Below, piece by piece: positions 13,801 through 28,800 of a stretch of 64,000 bases of DNA (position 1 is the first letter of the stretch; every line of letters begins with the position of its first letter). The position numbers and the translations under genes are program-made. Under the pieces are notes generated by a model. That model saw only the letters and a list, made by a program, of their open reading frames with translations. It ran no database searches and was not told the origin of the DNA. Source of the stretch: Tubiluchus corallicola (taxonomy: Eukaryota; Animalia; Priapulida). The stretch spans positions 197,803 to 261,802 of the forward strand of contig JAQGDQ010000333.1 of NCBI GenBank assembly GCA_030141605.1, written 5' to 3'.

Positions 13801-16800
13801 GTGTAATATATACAAATAAAGCCTATGCAGAGGCAGTTTGACGTAGTTCACGAGGGTCGTTGACAAATGACTTAATTTTCTTTATTTTGCCAAAATCTTT
13901 TGTCCTTTGTTTAAAGATTTTTGGTGTATCGTAACCTTTGCATAAAATGCATGTCAAACTGACTGACCAAGGTCAAAAATTGTGGACCATCTGGGGTCAC
14001 CAACAGGGTATCTAAAGGAAATGTCACAATCATTTGTGTAATAATTATAGGGTACGATAAGCTTATAAACTCAAAACTAGAATCATAATTTTAAGGATCT
14101 ACTGTGGGCCTGATTTAGGAAGATGCTAAATGCAAAATTAATAGAAAGACAACAAACAGCATAGCAGGAAGTAACAATCCAGAGCATTATAATTAGTGGC
14201 CAATGTGAGGGCACTATCAGAGTTTTCTGACTCTAAGGCCTAAGGCATTTGTATACTAGTAGGATGTCATGGCAATGTGATAACATATTACCCCAATAAG
14301 CCAGTGTGCCTTTGTGCTTGAGCAATCATTCGACCACATGTCATACAAGTTTGTTGTGGCGATTGCAAATTTTTCTTCAAGGGACCTACATCGTTATTGA
14401 CGGTCTGGTTCTGTTGTTTTATACTTTTTGGTAACATGGTTTCTGTAATGTCTGATGTCATTTAAATGCTTTGCTGGCTGGGGCTGTTTTAATTGTATAT
14501 GATTTTTAACTAGAAAATGACCAAGCTTATTCATAGGCACTTGTGATTACAAAAGCATTTAAAATGTACAGTGACTAATATAGTAGGCACTGCTTAATAG
14601 ACCCACTTTGGGACCGAAGTGTTTTGACCCAATTAACTGACGCGTAGTATTACTGGTATAGAAGTATTAATTAGTAATTAGTAATAAATTAAAAAGTATA
14701 CTTTTCTAAATCACACAAGTCTGTTTATTTGAAATTTCAAAAATTCCTTCAAAGTCGGCTGCTTCATTTCATCGCGAAGAAGTCGGTTCACAAAGTTCTC
14801 ATAATGATAAAAATGTTGAAAATCTGTTGTTCTATGATGCAAAAATTCTGGTAAAATACTCAATGCTGGCGTGTTTAAACTGTGGTGCCTGTTTTTCTCC
14901 ACAAGTAGCTTTGTCTGTAGTTTCGCTTAAGCTCCTGCTTGCTATAATTGTGACATAGTTACTGTCATACTTACTGACATACCACCTTTTGTGGTTAGTG
15001 CAAGTTGAACTAGATTCTCTAGAGAAATTTGCTAAGTGTAGTGCTACCTTTTATTTAGATTAGAAGAACAGCTGGCCTAGACAGCAAATATCTGCTGCAT
15101 TAATCAGCCAATTATTATTATTATTATTATTGTTAAACTTTTATTCGTATAAAATTTTATGCAGCAGTGATTTTAGTATAGATGATTAATACAATAAAAT
15201 AATAATTATTACATAATTTTTGTTAGCAATTAAAAAAGATGATGAAGTCCATACATCATACTTGCTACACCTGTCCTTGCTTACACTTTCATAAAATATT
15301 TTTCTAACTTTTTGTTTTATTTTAAAATTAAGGCACTGCCATACTTTATCCTTAACTCAACATCTGAGTCATTCATAAAATACATTTTTGGTATAACAGT
15401 GATTTAGTATTTTGAATTATTCTCAAAAAGCCCAATGTGCGACTGTCAACCAAAAAGTTTGATGACATGGTACCACAATATAGCATAAGTAGTTTTAAAT
15501 ATTCATTTCACTTAAGGTCAAATGTTTTTCTATATGCACAGTTCCAACTTACTCTAATTATATTCTGCTTCTACAGAGTAAATGATACCAATTTCACACC
15601 CATACAACAAAATGGGAAGACAATTAGAACATATTAGTGTTTTTGCCACTGTTGTGTTGACTTGGGTCCCATTGCCAATTGTGTCTAGCCACTGCCTTTA
15701 ATCTAATCTAAATATTTAATTTAAATATAAATGTTTAGTGAAAAAGCTACAATTAAAATGCAAGAAAAACATGACGTTTAAAACTACTGCTGTGGTTTAC
15801 CTTCAGGTGAAAGAAAGAAAAAAGAAAACATCATATAGAATTAGTGTAGTAAATGATGGTTTCAAATGTAATGTTTTAATTGTGGGATCTTTCATTAATT
15901 CACACTGTTTTTGTCACTAGGAATTAAATTTGTGTAATTGTTTAGTATTAGGGATGCACTGGATCCAGTTTTGCCTGTTATGGATCGAATCCGGATCTGT
16001 ATGTGCCGGATCCAGTTCCTGATCTACAAATTAATGTAAATGATATTTCGTTTGTTTAGCATTTTGTTCATGTAGTGGCAGTCCATGGCATTACCTGTTC
16101 ATTTTCATGGTCATGAAGTAATTTTAAGTGGAAAACCTGCAAACGTTTCTCTAAAGTTGATGTACTCATTTGTACTATCATTTTTAACGCTGATTTGCGT
16201 TTCTATTCTTTGTTACTGAACTCTTTCAGTAAAATACTACTGCATACGTTTTGTAGTGCTATCTTTGTGTGCGGTTTGCTGCAAGGAAGCGTGAAGACTG
16301 CTAGTATCGCTTGCGCTACAAACATGGAGGCATAAAAACTAAGCTATACTTTCGTAAATTTCTAATAGAAGTCTTTAAATTCTTAACAAATTCTTTAAAA
16401 ACTTAAAACTGTAACTGTTATGTATATTTTTCTTTTATCTGCACTAATTTGTTCACTTTCAGCGTGCAATAGGTAGTTTTACACCTAGAAAAATAGAAAT
16501 TCCAATGGCGCAAAGTCTGATGAACATTTTTGCTTGATACGGATCCATTAAAATTAAGGATTCTTGGGATCTAGAACCGGATCTTCTACATCCCTGTTTA
16601 GTAGTATAGTTTAAGACATGTAATGTACTTGCTAAATTTCTGTATGTTACTGAAAACAAAAAAGATGTGCAAAATGAAGAGTGGGTGAGACTTTGCGTGA
16701 TGTACTAATATTTCCTGCATTTTCGTATAATGATACTGATGCTGATCTATTACAGGAAGCATACACACCTGTGTACATTCTTTACATATGGGACATAGAG

Positions 16801-19800
16801 TCGGATTCCATGCATTACTTTAATTTTAGTTCTGGCCGGGGTGACCAAGATGATTTTAGTGAGACCAGTAGTTCAGACGATTTCACCAATACTGAAAGGT
16901 AAGCAATTTTTTTAGTTTTTTAGTTGCTGCAATGTTAAAAACAGATCTTAATAATTAATTTAAGGTTGTGGAAGAATGCATGCAACCAGCTAGTGGGTTC
17001 GGGGGAGTGCTGTAAACTCCTCTATTGGGGTCCGGTGCATTTTCCTGCATTTTAAGGGTATTTTGGAGGCCTGAAATAAGATGTAAATTCTGGAACGTGC
17101 ACTTCCTCAAATGTGAAAAATGTACTTGTTGTAAGTCAAATTTTAGGCAAATTTATTTGTAACTTTTGTAGCTAACGTAGAAAATTGGTTGTAGCTGTTT
17201 TTGATTCAGCACCTATACGGGTGGATCATGAACCAACAAATTGTAGGCCTCAATCCGTTTCTGTTGTCCAGCCAGGGCTTACCTAAAATACTTGAGAAAC
17301 TATTGTACAACAGAGTTTTTGCCTACTTGAAAATCATTAATTTACCAAAACAACAATTCAGGGTACAGATAAAACTCTATTACTGCGGTATTATTTTTTT
17401 TACAGAAAACTAGAAGTAAGCAGAGATAAATAACTGTTGGCCAATAGTAGCTGAAAAGTTGGTCAGCCTTACCTAAAATACTTGAGAAACTATTGTACAA
17501 CAGAGTTTTTGCCTACTTGAAAATCATTAATTTACCAAAACAACAACTCAGGGTACAGATAAAACTCTATTACTGCGGTATTATTTTTTTTACAGAAAAC
17601 TAGAAGTAAGCAGAGATAAATAACTGTTGGCCAATAGTAGCTGAAAAGTTGGTCAGCCTTACATAAATCCTGGTACAGCTCATTCATTCAAACGAATAAC
17701 AATTCTGCAGCACTTGGCAATTACAACAAAAAATAATGACATAATAGTTTCTTTACATTTGAGACAGATAAGCGATCTCTAAATTAAGTTCACTTATTTA
17801 TTGATGGTAGTCTACACACGGTGAAAGAAACCATTCAGAGAGAACAGACCCGATAACAATAATTAACGCAATTAATTATAAACTGATTTACTGAGCACCA
17901 GCATTAAAATACATACAATTTTTATTCGCTATATGCCTAGAAAAGTTTTATAAATGTTAAACTATTTACTTATTATTAAATTGTCTCACTGAATATTTTT
18001 AATTCTGCACCCAGCAATTTGTTGACAAAAATTCATTGAATTAGCCACAAAAAGCCAAAAATTGACTAATTTGTAATGTTGAAATGCAAAGTAATACAAC
18101 CAAACTCTAAACCTGGAAACGAAAATTTAGGAAACTTTTATAGCTTTTTGTTCTAATGTGCAAATTTGTTACCCAACAAAAAAGAGTGCCGTAAACCTTT
18201 CAATCAAAATTTTACTCATGATTCATAACATATCTCAAATTTGGTTGAGTACAAATGTATTAAAACCCAAGTGTCTTTTGTTAAATTGTCAGAGCTTGCC
18301 ATAGTGCTGATTAAGTTGGAATCATAAACTGGGTGAAAGTTCCAAAATTTAGTGACTTTATAAGTCAAAAGCCTTGCCTGAATCACAGAATAGGGTCTTT
18401 AATCTGCTGTTTTGCAAAAGGGGGCACCTCCGTTGTACCCGCTGTGGTCCCAGACAATTTTTTTCGTATTGTCTAATACCATCGATGGGCGATTCTATGT
18501 CTTGCAAAGGGAAAGAAGTTCTATCTCACTGAAATTGCACTGTTCTCTATGTTTGCTAGAGTAGCAATTGGGGGCAAAGCGGAAAAAGGGAGGTTATCAC
18601 TAAAATCTCAATTAAAATCTCAACTAAATCAGGAGAGTTGCAATGTCTGGTATTTATTGTAACCGACACAGATCTAGGCTACAATTAGGTAGTGTAATTC
18701 AATTTCAGTGATGCAGTCCATCGCTTGTACCAAAGCCATACATTATTTTAAAATCGACCCTTACATCCTAGCTAATCAAAAATAAGGTAATTTAATTAAG
18801 TTAATGTAAAAGAAATGCTTACCACACATGCACTTCTCGCACACCGAATTCCAACTACTGCATTAACACTACACTAAAATCCTATTATCTGATAAGTTTA
18901 CTACAGCAATAAAAATACTAGTGCAGGGAAATTAAAATTAACAGATATAGAAAGTATAAATACTACAGTAGTAAAACATGTAGAAGTAACATTCAGTTAT
19001 TATCTAACACTCTGCAAAGCTACAGAACTCTGTCAACTACAACTATGTATTAAACAATGGCTCAAACAAACCATGTTATGCATTCATGTGTGGGTCAGCA
19101 ATAAGTTGAATGAATGGCAACATTTCTCTTGCGGATGCGCTTGGGATAAAAACAGTTCTGTCATTATTTGTGATTGTAAGTTTCAATTAAGTCACGTCTT
19201 CAAGTGCCCTGTCTAAATTGTAATTTTAATGTTGAAAAATACCGTGAATGCAGTGTAATGGTTTCGCAAAACCTATAGCATACCGACGTTATAATACAAT
19301 ACTAGTGTAAAGTGTTAATAAATATTAGCAGTAATAGTTAATTATTAGAAATATTTACAAGTGCTTTTTACATCATAATTATTTTTTGGAAATTAAAAGG
19401 CATGCAGTGCATGCGTTGCATGCATGGATTGTATGCCACTGGAGGCAAGTAAACCTGCTTTAGAAAACACTGGGTTGCTCATTTAGATTTAAGAACATTG
19501 AGTTAATTAGTTAAAATCTTCAAAAATGCTTTAATCTGAAACAGTGATGAATAAACGACAGACTAAGTTTTTCACTGGCGAATGAAGAAGGATTTTGTGT
19601 TTCTTTCGTTTCATGTTCTAAGTCTATGACAGTTACGGTAAAATCACTACTTCACTTTTGTGTTAATTTTCAGTGAATTTTTCAATGAGAAGTGTTTACT
19701 TTAATTCTGGAGCCTTCTCTTACCTTCTTTGTAAAAAAAATAGTTTATTTAATTAACGTTTTTACAATTTCAGGGCAAACTGTGAAGCAGCTAAGGCAGT

Positions 19801-22800
19801 TGCAGGTCGTTATCCAGTCTCACACTATTGGGATGCACTAGAACCCAAACTATTGGTTTGCGAGGCAAGATTGTTACCATTAGAAACCCAACCTGCTCGA
19901 CAATTTTCAAAATTATCTCTTGGGCAGGACTCTAAGAAGATGAAAGTTCTTCCCCAGGTATGCTAAAAGTTATGTAAGCTTGAAATAATACCTTATTTGC
20001 CTTAGCTTATTTGCTCTATAATTTTGCATTTAAAAAGTTATGTAAGCCTTTGGATCCATATGATTTTTTAGGTCAAATTCTTACTGCTGTAGTTGATGTA
20101 CCAATGTCATGTGTAAAATGACAACAATCGAACTACTTTTTGCAGGTGGAATCTATGGTTATCTCATTATTTGCAACTCCTGAGAATGGTATTATCCTCC
20201 AAGATAGTTTTCCTTTAAGCGAGTCATTCAGTTCATTATTAGGAGTTGACGTCCCTCATTATTATTTTGTTCGCAAGGTATTTTTTCCGAGTATACATTA
20301 TTATTTGTTTTAATTAAATTTTTTAGTTGAAGGTGAAATTTGAAAAACATGAAAAGTGAATGGATTGGTAGCCAGCTGTTGCATCACTGTACTGATTCCA
20401 GCTTTTGTTAATTTCAAGAGTTTTTGTGTAGTAAAACATTGTGAACATATTTCGAACATGTAAAACACATTTTACATCCAAGAGGTTTGTGTACTGTAGC
20501 TGTCAACTTGTTTGGGTTGGATGCTTGAATCGTATAGATACAGTAAGTCCTCGCTTAATGACTTCCCGTTTAGCAATGCTTCGTTTTTACTACGCTGATC
20601 ATTTGACATCTTTTTTCACTTAACGATGCATGTTTCACTTTAACGACGATTCTTTTTACTTTGCTCAAGTCAAATTTTTATTTTATTAACGACATTTTTA
20701 CCCAAGTTGATGCATTAAAACAGTACATATTGCATTATTCTGTTCTAAAAACGCACTTGTAATGTAAACAGCACAATTATTATATATGTTTTTGCTTCCC
20801 AACTAACTACTGACCGCTACTACTACCAGCGGTTTGTCTCTATTGTCAAGTTACCAGCGAGCAAACTTTATGCAAGGCCTTTGCCTGCTATCTGTTGCTA
20901 TCGTAATCAGAGGCTAAGTACATAAGTAGATAAAATTCCCAAATCGCCCCAGGGCTTGGCATTGGCTCTGCAGTACTTATTGTGTAACCACTACTTTAGG
21001 TTAAAACCTTAACGAAGGAGAAACCGCTATAGCTACGTATAGTTAAGTAAAATATATAGGTGGTGTCGGGCAAGCAAAAAGACATTAATCAGTAGAAATG
21101 TGAGTAAAACTCCTAGAACGTTTAACTTATATGATTTAAGCTGTATTGACTTTTGTCTCTGGAACGTATCTGAATTCTTTTATCTTACTTTCTATGGAAA
21201 ACCTAGGCTCGTTTAATGATGTTTAGTTTAACGTCATGTTTTGCTGGAAAGCATTAGCATCATTAAGCGAGGACTTGTTGCATATTCATTGTTGAGTGTG
21301 TATCACTTGGATTGTCTCGACGGTTTTGAAAATTAGTTGTTTTCCTTTTATTATCTTTAAAGTGTTTTATAACTGAAAATGTAAAGGAAGAAAAAATTGC
21401 ATAGTTTTGTTTCCTACAGATTTCTCTAAGCTTACATCACCTTAAATCTATTCAAATCTCAATATTGTGATTGCATTAAAGCAGAACAGCAAATGTTTTT
21501 AGGCAGATAGCATTAAAGAAGAATTTAGCTCAGATATGACACACGAAATGTCAACTAGTGAATTAATGGTCTCTGGTGGCACCACTGGGCAGATGATGAC
21601 ACACTTGGCAGTCAGGAAAGTTATGCGGGATTTCGTCGGCCTTGAGAATGGGGATGAAGCATCACGGACAGCTATGATAAACTTTAGCTATTACTTAGCA
21701 ATAGGAAATATGGATGAAGCATACAAAGCCATCAAGCTTATTAAAAGGTACAGTGGCACATTAGTTATTCACTTTTTCTGCTGGCCACTCAGCTGCAAAG
21801 TTAGGAAGCGGAAATACATATCTCATTTAATTATCTAGTTTCTTAGAATTTTTTCATTTGATTTTTATTTATAAATCATTGCTTTCTTAACAAACAATTG
21901 CCTCTACACATTCTGAACAAGGCAAAGAAGGAAGATACGTCAGAGTTCTGGTATTGTGGTTTTATAACAGTTATTTTGCAGTGAGCCAAGAATTTCATTT
22001 CTGCCTGTTGCTTTTCAAGCTTGGTTGTATCTTTATTTCTACTGAACATTGAGTTCGTTGATCATATAGACAACATTGTTGTTAATTTTACATGTTTTTG
22101 TCGATTTAATTATGATGGGTATCTTAACTTATATTTTAATGTTAAAGGAGAGTGTTCATTTTTACCATTCATAATATAAGCTAATTTTATGTCAGCTGAC
22201 AGAGATAGTTTGTTTTTTAGTGAATCTGTTTGGGAAAACATGTGTCGCATGTGTGTGAAGTCGCGTCGCATAGATGTCGCCACTGTGTGTCTAGGCAACA
22301 TGGGACATGCTCGGGGTGCCAAAGCATTGCGGGAAGCCATGCAGGAGCCTGAGCTGGACGCTGCTGTTGCTATGCTTGCTATACAGTTAAACATGCTTGT
22401 GAGTTGAATTGTAAAATTATTTTTGATACCAGGTCAAAGCCACTACCTATGCTAAATACCGTTATTTAATTTAGTATCAAAGTTTAGAATTGAATTCCAA
22501 AATCTGACAACATCAATTAAATTAATAGAGGTAGCAGAGTGTTGCTGTTTGTCGTATTCAGTGCTATGGAAGATGCCCAATAAATTTGAGTTTAAAGTTG
22601 CTTAATTTAGAAACTTGGTTTTTATGAAATTTACTTCTTACAACTACTTGGTCATGCTAGCACTTTTCTAATTGAATTGTTTGCTTCATGAACAGTTGGA
22701 CATCATTATTACTATTAATGGTGCTTGCATCTTTTTTGACTTAGACACTTAAAAAATAAACTGAACATTTGGCAACCATTAACCATTTTATTTAATTTTT

Positions 22801-25800
22801 ACCAAAAACTGATCTACTTACAGTGCTGTATTATTTGCAGCAATAAAGAATCTATCTGGCTTAACTAGTTATTTTGACACATTAAAGCTGTGGTAATTGG
22901 GAATTGTGCTTCTCAGTATTGAAAAACCATTTTCTTTATTTCCAATTGCATGTATAGTTTATTATGCGATTTTCAAGTTATCTGCATTTCTTTATTAGGA
23001 TGATGCTGAACAGTTATATAAAAATTGTTATCGCTACGACTTACTCAACAAATTTTATCAGTCAAGAGGAATGTGGGATAAGGTATATTATAATAATGTT
23101 CAATTGTTTTTTAAAAATTCAGATATTCAGGTATGTAAAATTTGTGATTGGTGTGATAGTGTTAGTTATATGAGATGCAAAATTTTTCACTGAAAATTAC
23201 ATTAATACTTGATTTTTATACATTATTATACACTATTAATTTTTTTCAACATTTGTTTGATTAATCGGATGATTGGTAGGTTCGTTTTTTTTATAATTGG
23301 ATAACTAATTACTGGATGTGTAACTGATTGGCTAACTTAATTGATTGGGTAACAGGCAGGCTATCGACGTATCTGCTCATATGCTTATCTGTGTGGCAGA
23401 ATGATTAAAAGTTGGTGCTGGTTGAACATTTAATCTAAAACGTTATATTGTGCTGTTAGTCAGTATTTACGTATATCTGTCCATTTTAATTAGGCATTAG
23501 AAACTGCAGATCTGTATGATAGATTGCATCTGCGCTCAACTTATTATAATTATGGTAAATATCTGGAAACGAAAGGAGATTTTTCCACAGCTATAGTACA
23601 GTAAGTTTGACATCAATTTTTTTTAATTACATGTATAAAGTTTTTTGCATAATCTCTGTAATAAGTCATATAATTTCCAAGTTTTCTGGTTGTATAATTG
23701 AATCAAAAGTCATAATGTGGTCGCTCTATTGCATACCTGCTACTCACAGTTTAAACATGATTTTATGCTTGTCACCATCATTGATTTTTATAAGCTTACC
23801 CTATATACTGGTTAAGCCCAACTGTTTTTTTGTGCATATTATATATGAAACAGATTTTTGCATTTACTTATCATTGGAATTGTTTATTATGTAGTAAAGC
23901 ATTTTTTGAAATTGTGACATTCATGGACAGTATTTAATCTTTGGTAATATTTTCGTTGGAAAACAAAGTATAAAGTCATGCTAATCCTAATGTACAAGAT
24001 TTTGGAAATTAAGAACCCATTATAGTAAACTCAAAAAGTGCCTGCACTAAAATCTATCAAAAACGTGTTAAAACGTGAAATCGCTTTTTGCTGAATGAAG
24101 ATAAAAATTTCATTGCTGTTACAGTAAGTCCTCGCTTAACAACTCCCCATTTAGCGACATTTTGTTTTAGTGACCCTGAACATTTGACACCTTTTTTTTA
24201 CTTAACTACACTGTTTCGTTTCAATGGCATTTTTTTGCTTTGCACAAAGCCAATTTTTATTTTATCAATAACTTTTGTAATGCCTTAAAACAGTACATAT
24301 TGCATTATTCTGTTCTAAAAATGAACTAGTAACGTAAACACTGCAATTATTATATAAGTACATACGTTTTTGCTTCCCGACTGACCACTAAAATTATGCT
24401 AGCCATTTGTATCAAGGGAGACCTTTAAGCAAACTTTATGTGAAGGAATTTTGCCTGCAACCTGTTGTTATAGCAACCAGACTAGTGCATACTAACTTTC
24501 TTGATAAAATTCCCAACATCAGCACAGGCCCCAGGCTTTGACTCTGCTGGTGTGTTTATTGTTTAATTTGCAGTCTAGACTTGATCAGTTAAACGTCAAC
24601 TAAAGAGAAACCGCTACAGTTAGATAAGTAAGATATATAGGTGGTGTTAAGCTAGCAGAAAAATATTAATTAGTAGAAACATGAGTAAAACTCATAAAAT
24701 GTTTAATTTATATTATTTAAGCAGTATTGATTTTTACCTCTGGAATGTATCCCAATTCTTTTACATTACTTTCTATCGAAGTCTTTGCTTCGTTTAATGA
24801 CGTTTCACTTACGTCGCATTTTGCTGGAATGCATTAGCGTAGTTAAGTGAGGAACTGTAATTAACTTTGAGGAAATACATGGATGTTAAAAAACAAAGTA
24901 TAGGTACATGTGAACGGATTTTTAAAAGTGCAAGAAAAGTTATTCATAAAAGTAGCCACATAGTCACATATAACACAGTAGGCCTAATGAGCCTTTTTCT
25001 TTTCTTTTATTTACATTTTCTGTTACTTACTACAAGAAGTAAAACGTGTTTATTTTTGTGCAGTACTATTTGAATAATAATTAAACATATTGTTTACCTA
25101 CTCTTTGTATGGCTGCACTTTTCAGGTAAACTTTTAATTTCATTTTGTTTTTTAATTGTTTATTAGGTATGAGCGCTCTGGTACAAATAAATTCGAAGTT
25201 CCTCGGATGCTAGTGGATGAAAATCCAGCTGAACTGGAAAAATATATTGCACAGTCAAATGATCCGTAAGTTCACATCCGTCCCTACTGTTTGTTTTGTT
25301 TTCTCAGTGACGCTTTACTTTTATGTAGGTGTTATGTTTCATATAGACTGTCATAACGATATTCGTGATTAGTAATTTCTATTGTAGGATGTTCTGTTAT
25401 GAAAAAAGATCAATAGAACTGATAACTGGAAGATTGTCATTGTATTGTCAATAGCTATAGCTTTCACACATTTTTAATGTAACAGTGAAGAACTTTCGTC
25501 ACATTTTCAGTGTCAGGGGTGCCACACTAATTTTGTAAGCTTTTTGTACCTTTTTTGTAAGCACAGGCAGCAAGCACAATATGCTACAAATCAGTTTCTC
25601 AGCTTGGCACCACTAGTAGCAGCTGTGATGACCCTCAACTTCACCTCCTTGAGAACTTGAACAAAGAGTGAATTTTAACTGAAATTGCAAGTTTTAGCAA
25701 ACACTTTGCATCTCATGCTTGATGTCATCATATACAGTGCACACAATACGCTTATTCCCTCAAAGTTCCAGCCCTCTAAGTTTTCCTAATTCTGAGTAAT

Positions 25801-28800
25801 TTAGCATCACAAAAAAAACACCTGGTAAAGGATATGGCATAATTCAGCATTCATAAACACCGATGTTATTTTATGATTTAGTAGTTACAGAACCCATCAG
25901 TTCATTATAAAATACAAGTGATTATAACTGATTGGCTCAGTGCAATGTAACTATTCGCATAATGACAGTTATGGCAATTTATATGCTCACTGAACGTTGA
26001 TATATCAGTGCTAACAAGGTGCTGCTGAAGAGCTTTGTCATGTACCTAAATATTGTGTTCATAGTGGTATAGTTGTAAAAACTGATCAAACTACATTGGA
26101 TGTAGTTGCATATTTGTATATGTGGGTGTTTGAAGCACAAAGGCTTCAGACAGTTTATAGCTTTTTATCAAATGGAGCTGCTGAATTTTACTGCCTCTCA
26201 GTTACACCTGTGTCTGCTAAGCACTTGGAGTAAAAGGCAGATTTCTGTGTTAGTGACGTAGCATTAGACTCAAATCAGCATATCTGGACAGAAGCAGCTG
26301 ACCATGCATGAGGAAGAATTCACTGAGCAAACTGAGTGATAAGTGTTTAAGTTAGTTTGCTTAGTGTTATTTGTTTTACTTAAATCTTTAATATTGGCTG
26401 AACATAAATCATTTCTGACATTAAAATGATTACTAAATGTGCGTCATGATTTATGTACCACTTTGCCTGGCTCCTATTTCTGATACTTCGAATAAGCATA
26501 CTGGATGATTTCTTCCTGCATTACATGCAAGAAATTTACTTTAAAAGGAAATAAAAATTCATACAAAAACTATAGAATAGAATAAAAAAAATACCCATTT
26601 TTCAACAACAAATACGACCAATACAACAATACATTAATAATAATAATTTGTGAAAGATGTAAAGAGGAAGAAAGAGCAAGTGCTTTCTTGTCTTTCTCCC
26701 ACAGAAGAATCCCGCACACATCTAGAATACGCTTACTAAATAGATTATGAATAAAGCTTAAATGGAATTTGTTTACTTTGTTTTTTAAATTCTTCAGGAA
26801 TGTTAATTGTTCAACCAAAGTTTTATACATTATATTTAATTTTTTTATGTTTGAAATTTGTTTGAAGATATAGTCCAGTGCTGTGGTATAAAATTTTTAG
26901 TAGATGCAAATCTAGTGCAGTGATCATGAGTATGCAGAACTGGAGTAAAATATTTAGAAAATGATCAAGGTAATAATTTGTAATGAAATTTGCAAATAAA
27001 TATAAGCGAGTGCAAATCATACCTTTTTTTAATTTTAAAAGTGCAAGCTTCCTTATATATTACATTTGTTTTGTGGTTGTAAGGAACTGAATGGAACTAA
27101 AATTTGTTTTGTAATTTAGATTTGTAAGCACCATCCCACGACATAATACCGTAAATTAAGGATGGATCCGATAGACTAAATTGTAATAAATTTTCGTAAA
27201 TGTTTGTAGATTAGTGATTTTCCGAAGCTTATATATAATGCTTACAATTTTAATTAGTTTGTGTTTAATATTATGTATATGAAATTTCCAGTTGAAATGT
27301 TCTTCAAAGAAAATACCCAAACACTTGACCGTCTTGTTCCTTTCAAATTGGACATCTTTAAATATAATTTCAAAATTGTCATTATTTTATTTATTACTTT
27401 TTAATCGAAAAAGAATATAATTTGATTTCTTAATATTAGGAGGCAATTTTTTGACATATTCAAATTCTCGATTCATTGTAAACTTTAAATTTATTAAATT
27501 AGTGTCGACAAAGAAAATATTTGTGTGTCATCTGCAAGGAAACAAAGAAATGGGTAAATTGCATTATGCATTTCATGTATCGCCAAAACATCTTTTGAGC
27601 AAGAAAAATTATTGTATCTTCACATGCAGTTCAAAAACTCACCTTAATTTTTTCTATAATCATATAGATCATATAAATAAACAAGTTACTTAATGACATG
27701 TAAAATGACTGTTTGCAGAGCCCACATTTCCAGCAGTGCAAAACTTGAAAAGGCAATCCTTACTTACCTACTAGAGCAGACCTAGTCATTTGTTAATAGT
27801 TTGTTGTCTACTTGTAGTTTGTACGAGATAAGTAAATGCTAATAATGCAAAGGTACCGGTTTAATAAAAAAAATTACAAGATTTCCTTAGAAAGCTTCAT
27901 AGAAATTAATTTTCTACATTAACAGATGTATCTTGAAGCCACAAACTTGCCTGTCTGAATTAAATTTTTTTCCCATTTTGGCACATTTTAGCTTTCTTAC
28001 TTTTTTATTGTTTCTCGGGGTTTTCCATCTTCTGCAACTAAAAAAGGAATAGGGTTTCTTTTCTGAATGCTTCATTGTCGACGTTCTCGGCTGCTATCTC
28101 CTTTGATTAACTATACTTTTCAGTTTTTTTAACTGCATGACATGCATTTCCAGTTTTAGAATGTTGTTGTAAATCTACCATTACACTTAGTGCAACATTT
28201 TACTTGCGGAAAATAACGAAGTGACATGTCATTTGATTTTTGGTCCAAGTTCCTGCAAAAAAATTTGAGTGAGACAAGCATGGTGGTGGTGGTATTCTTC
28301 GGAACTTTCACTTCTTATTTTTAAAATTTCATGTATGAGCTGATGAAAGTGTAGGCAACACAGCAACTGTTGTCGTCTGTTTTTCCAGATTTTTAGACGC
28401 TGTGTCATGTAGTGGTCCTCCATGTTGCATGTTACTGCTTGATCTCACATCATTGATAGCGTTACTGTTATCTCGACACAGTAGTTTTCTAAAGCAAGTG
28501 CGAAATTCTTGATTTTGCAACACGTAAATTATTGGATTCACCAAACTGTTGGCTGTAAGTGCTAGTGTTCTGATGTTATTCAGAGTTTGGTATTCATTCC
28601 GTGTCAACCCAACCAGTATCATGTGTAAAATGTGTGGACATATTAGTGCCATGGATGTGCTTATTATAATTGCTGTCATCCACGTTGCTTTTAACTGAGC
28701 AATAGAAAGCACCCGAACATTGGCATTGTTTCGTCTTTTTACTGCATGATTTCGAGCTGTCTGAATTACCTTTGTGTAGGTGAACATCATATAGCTTAGT

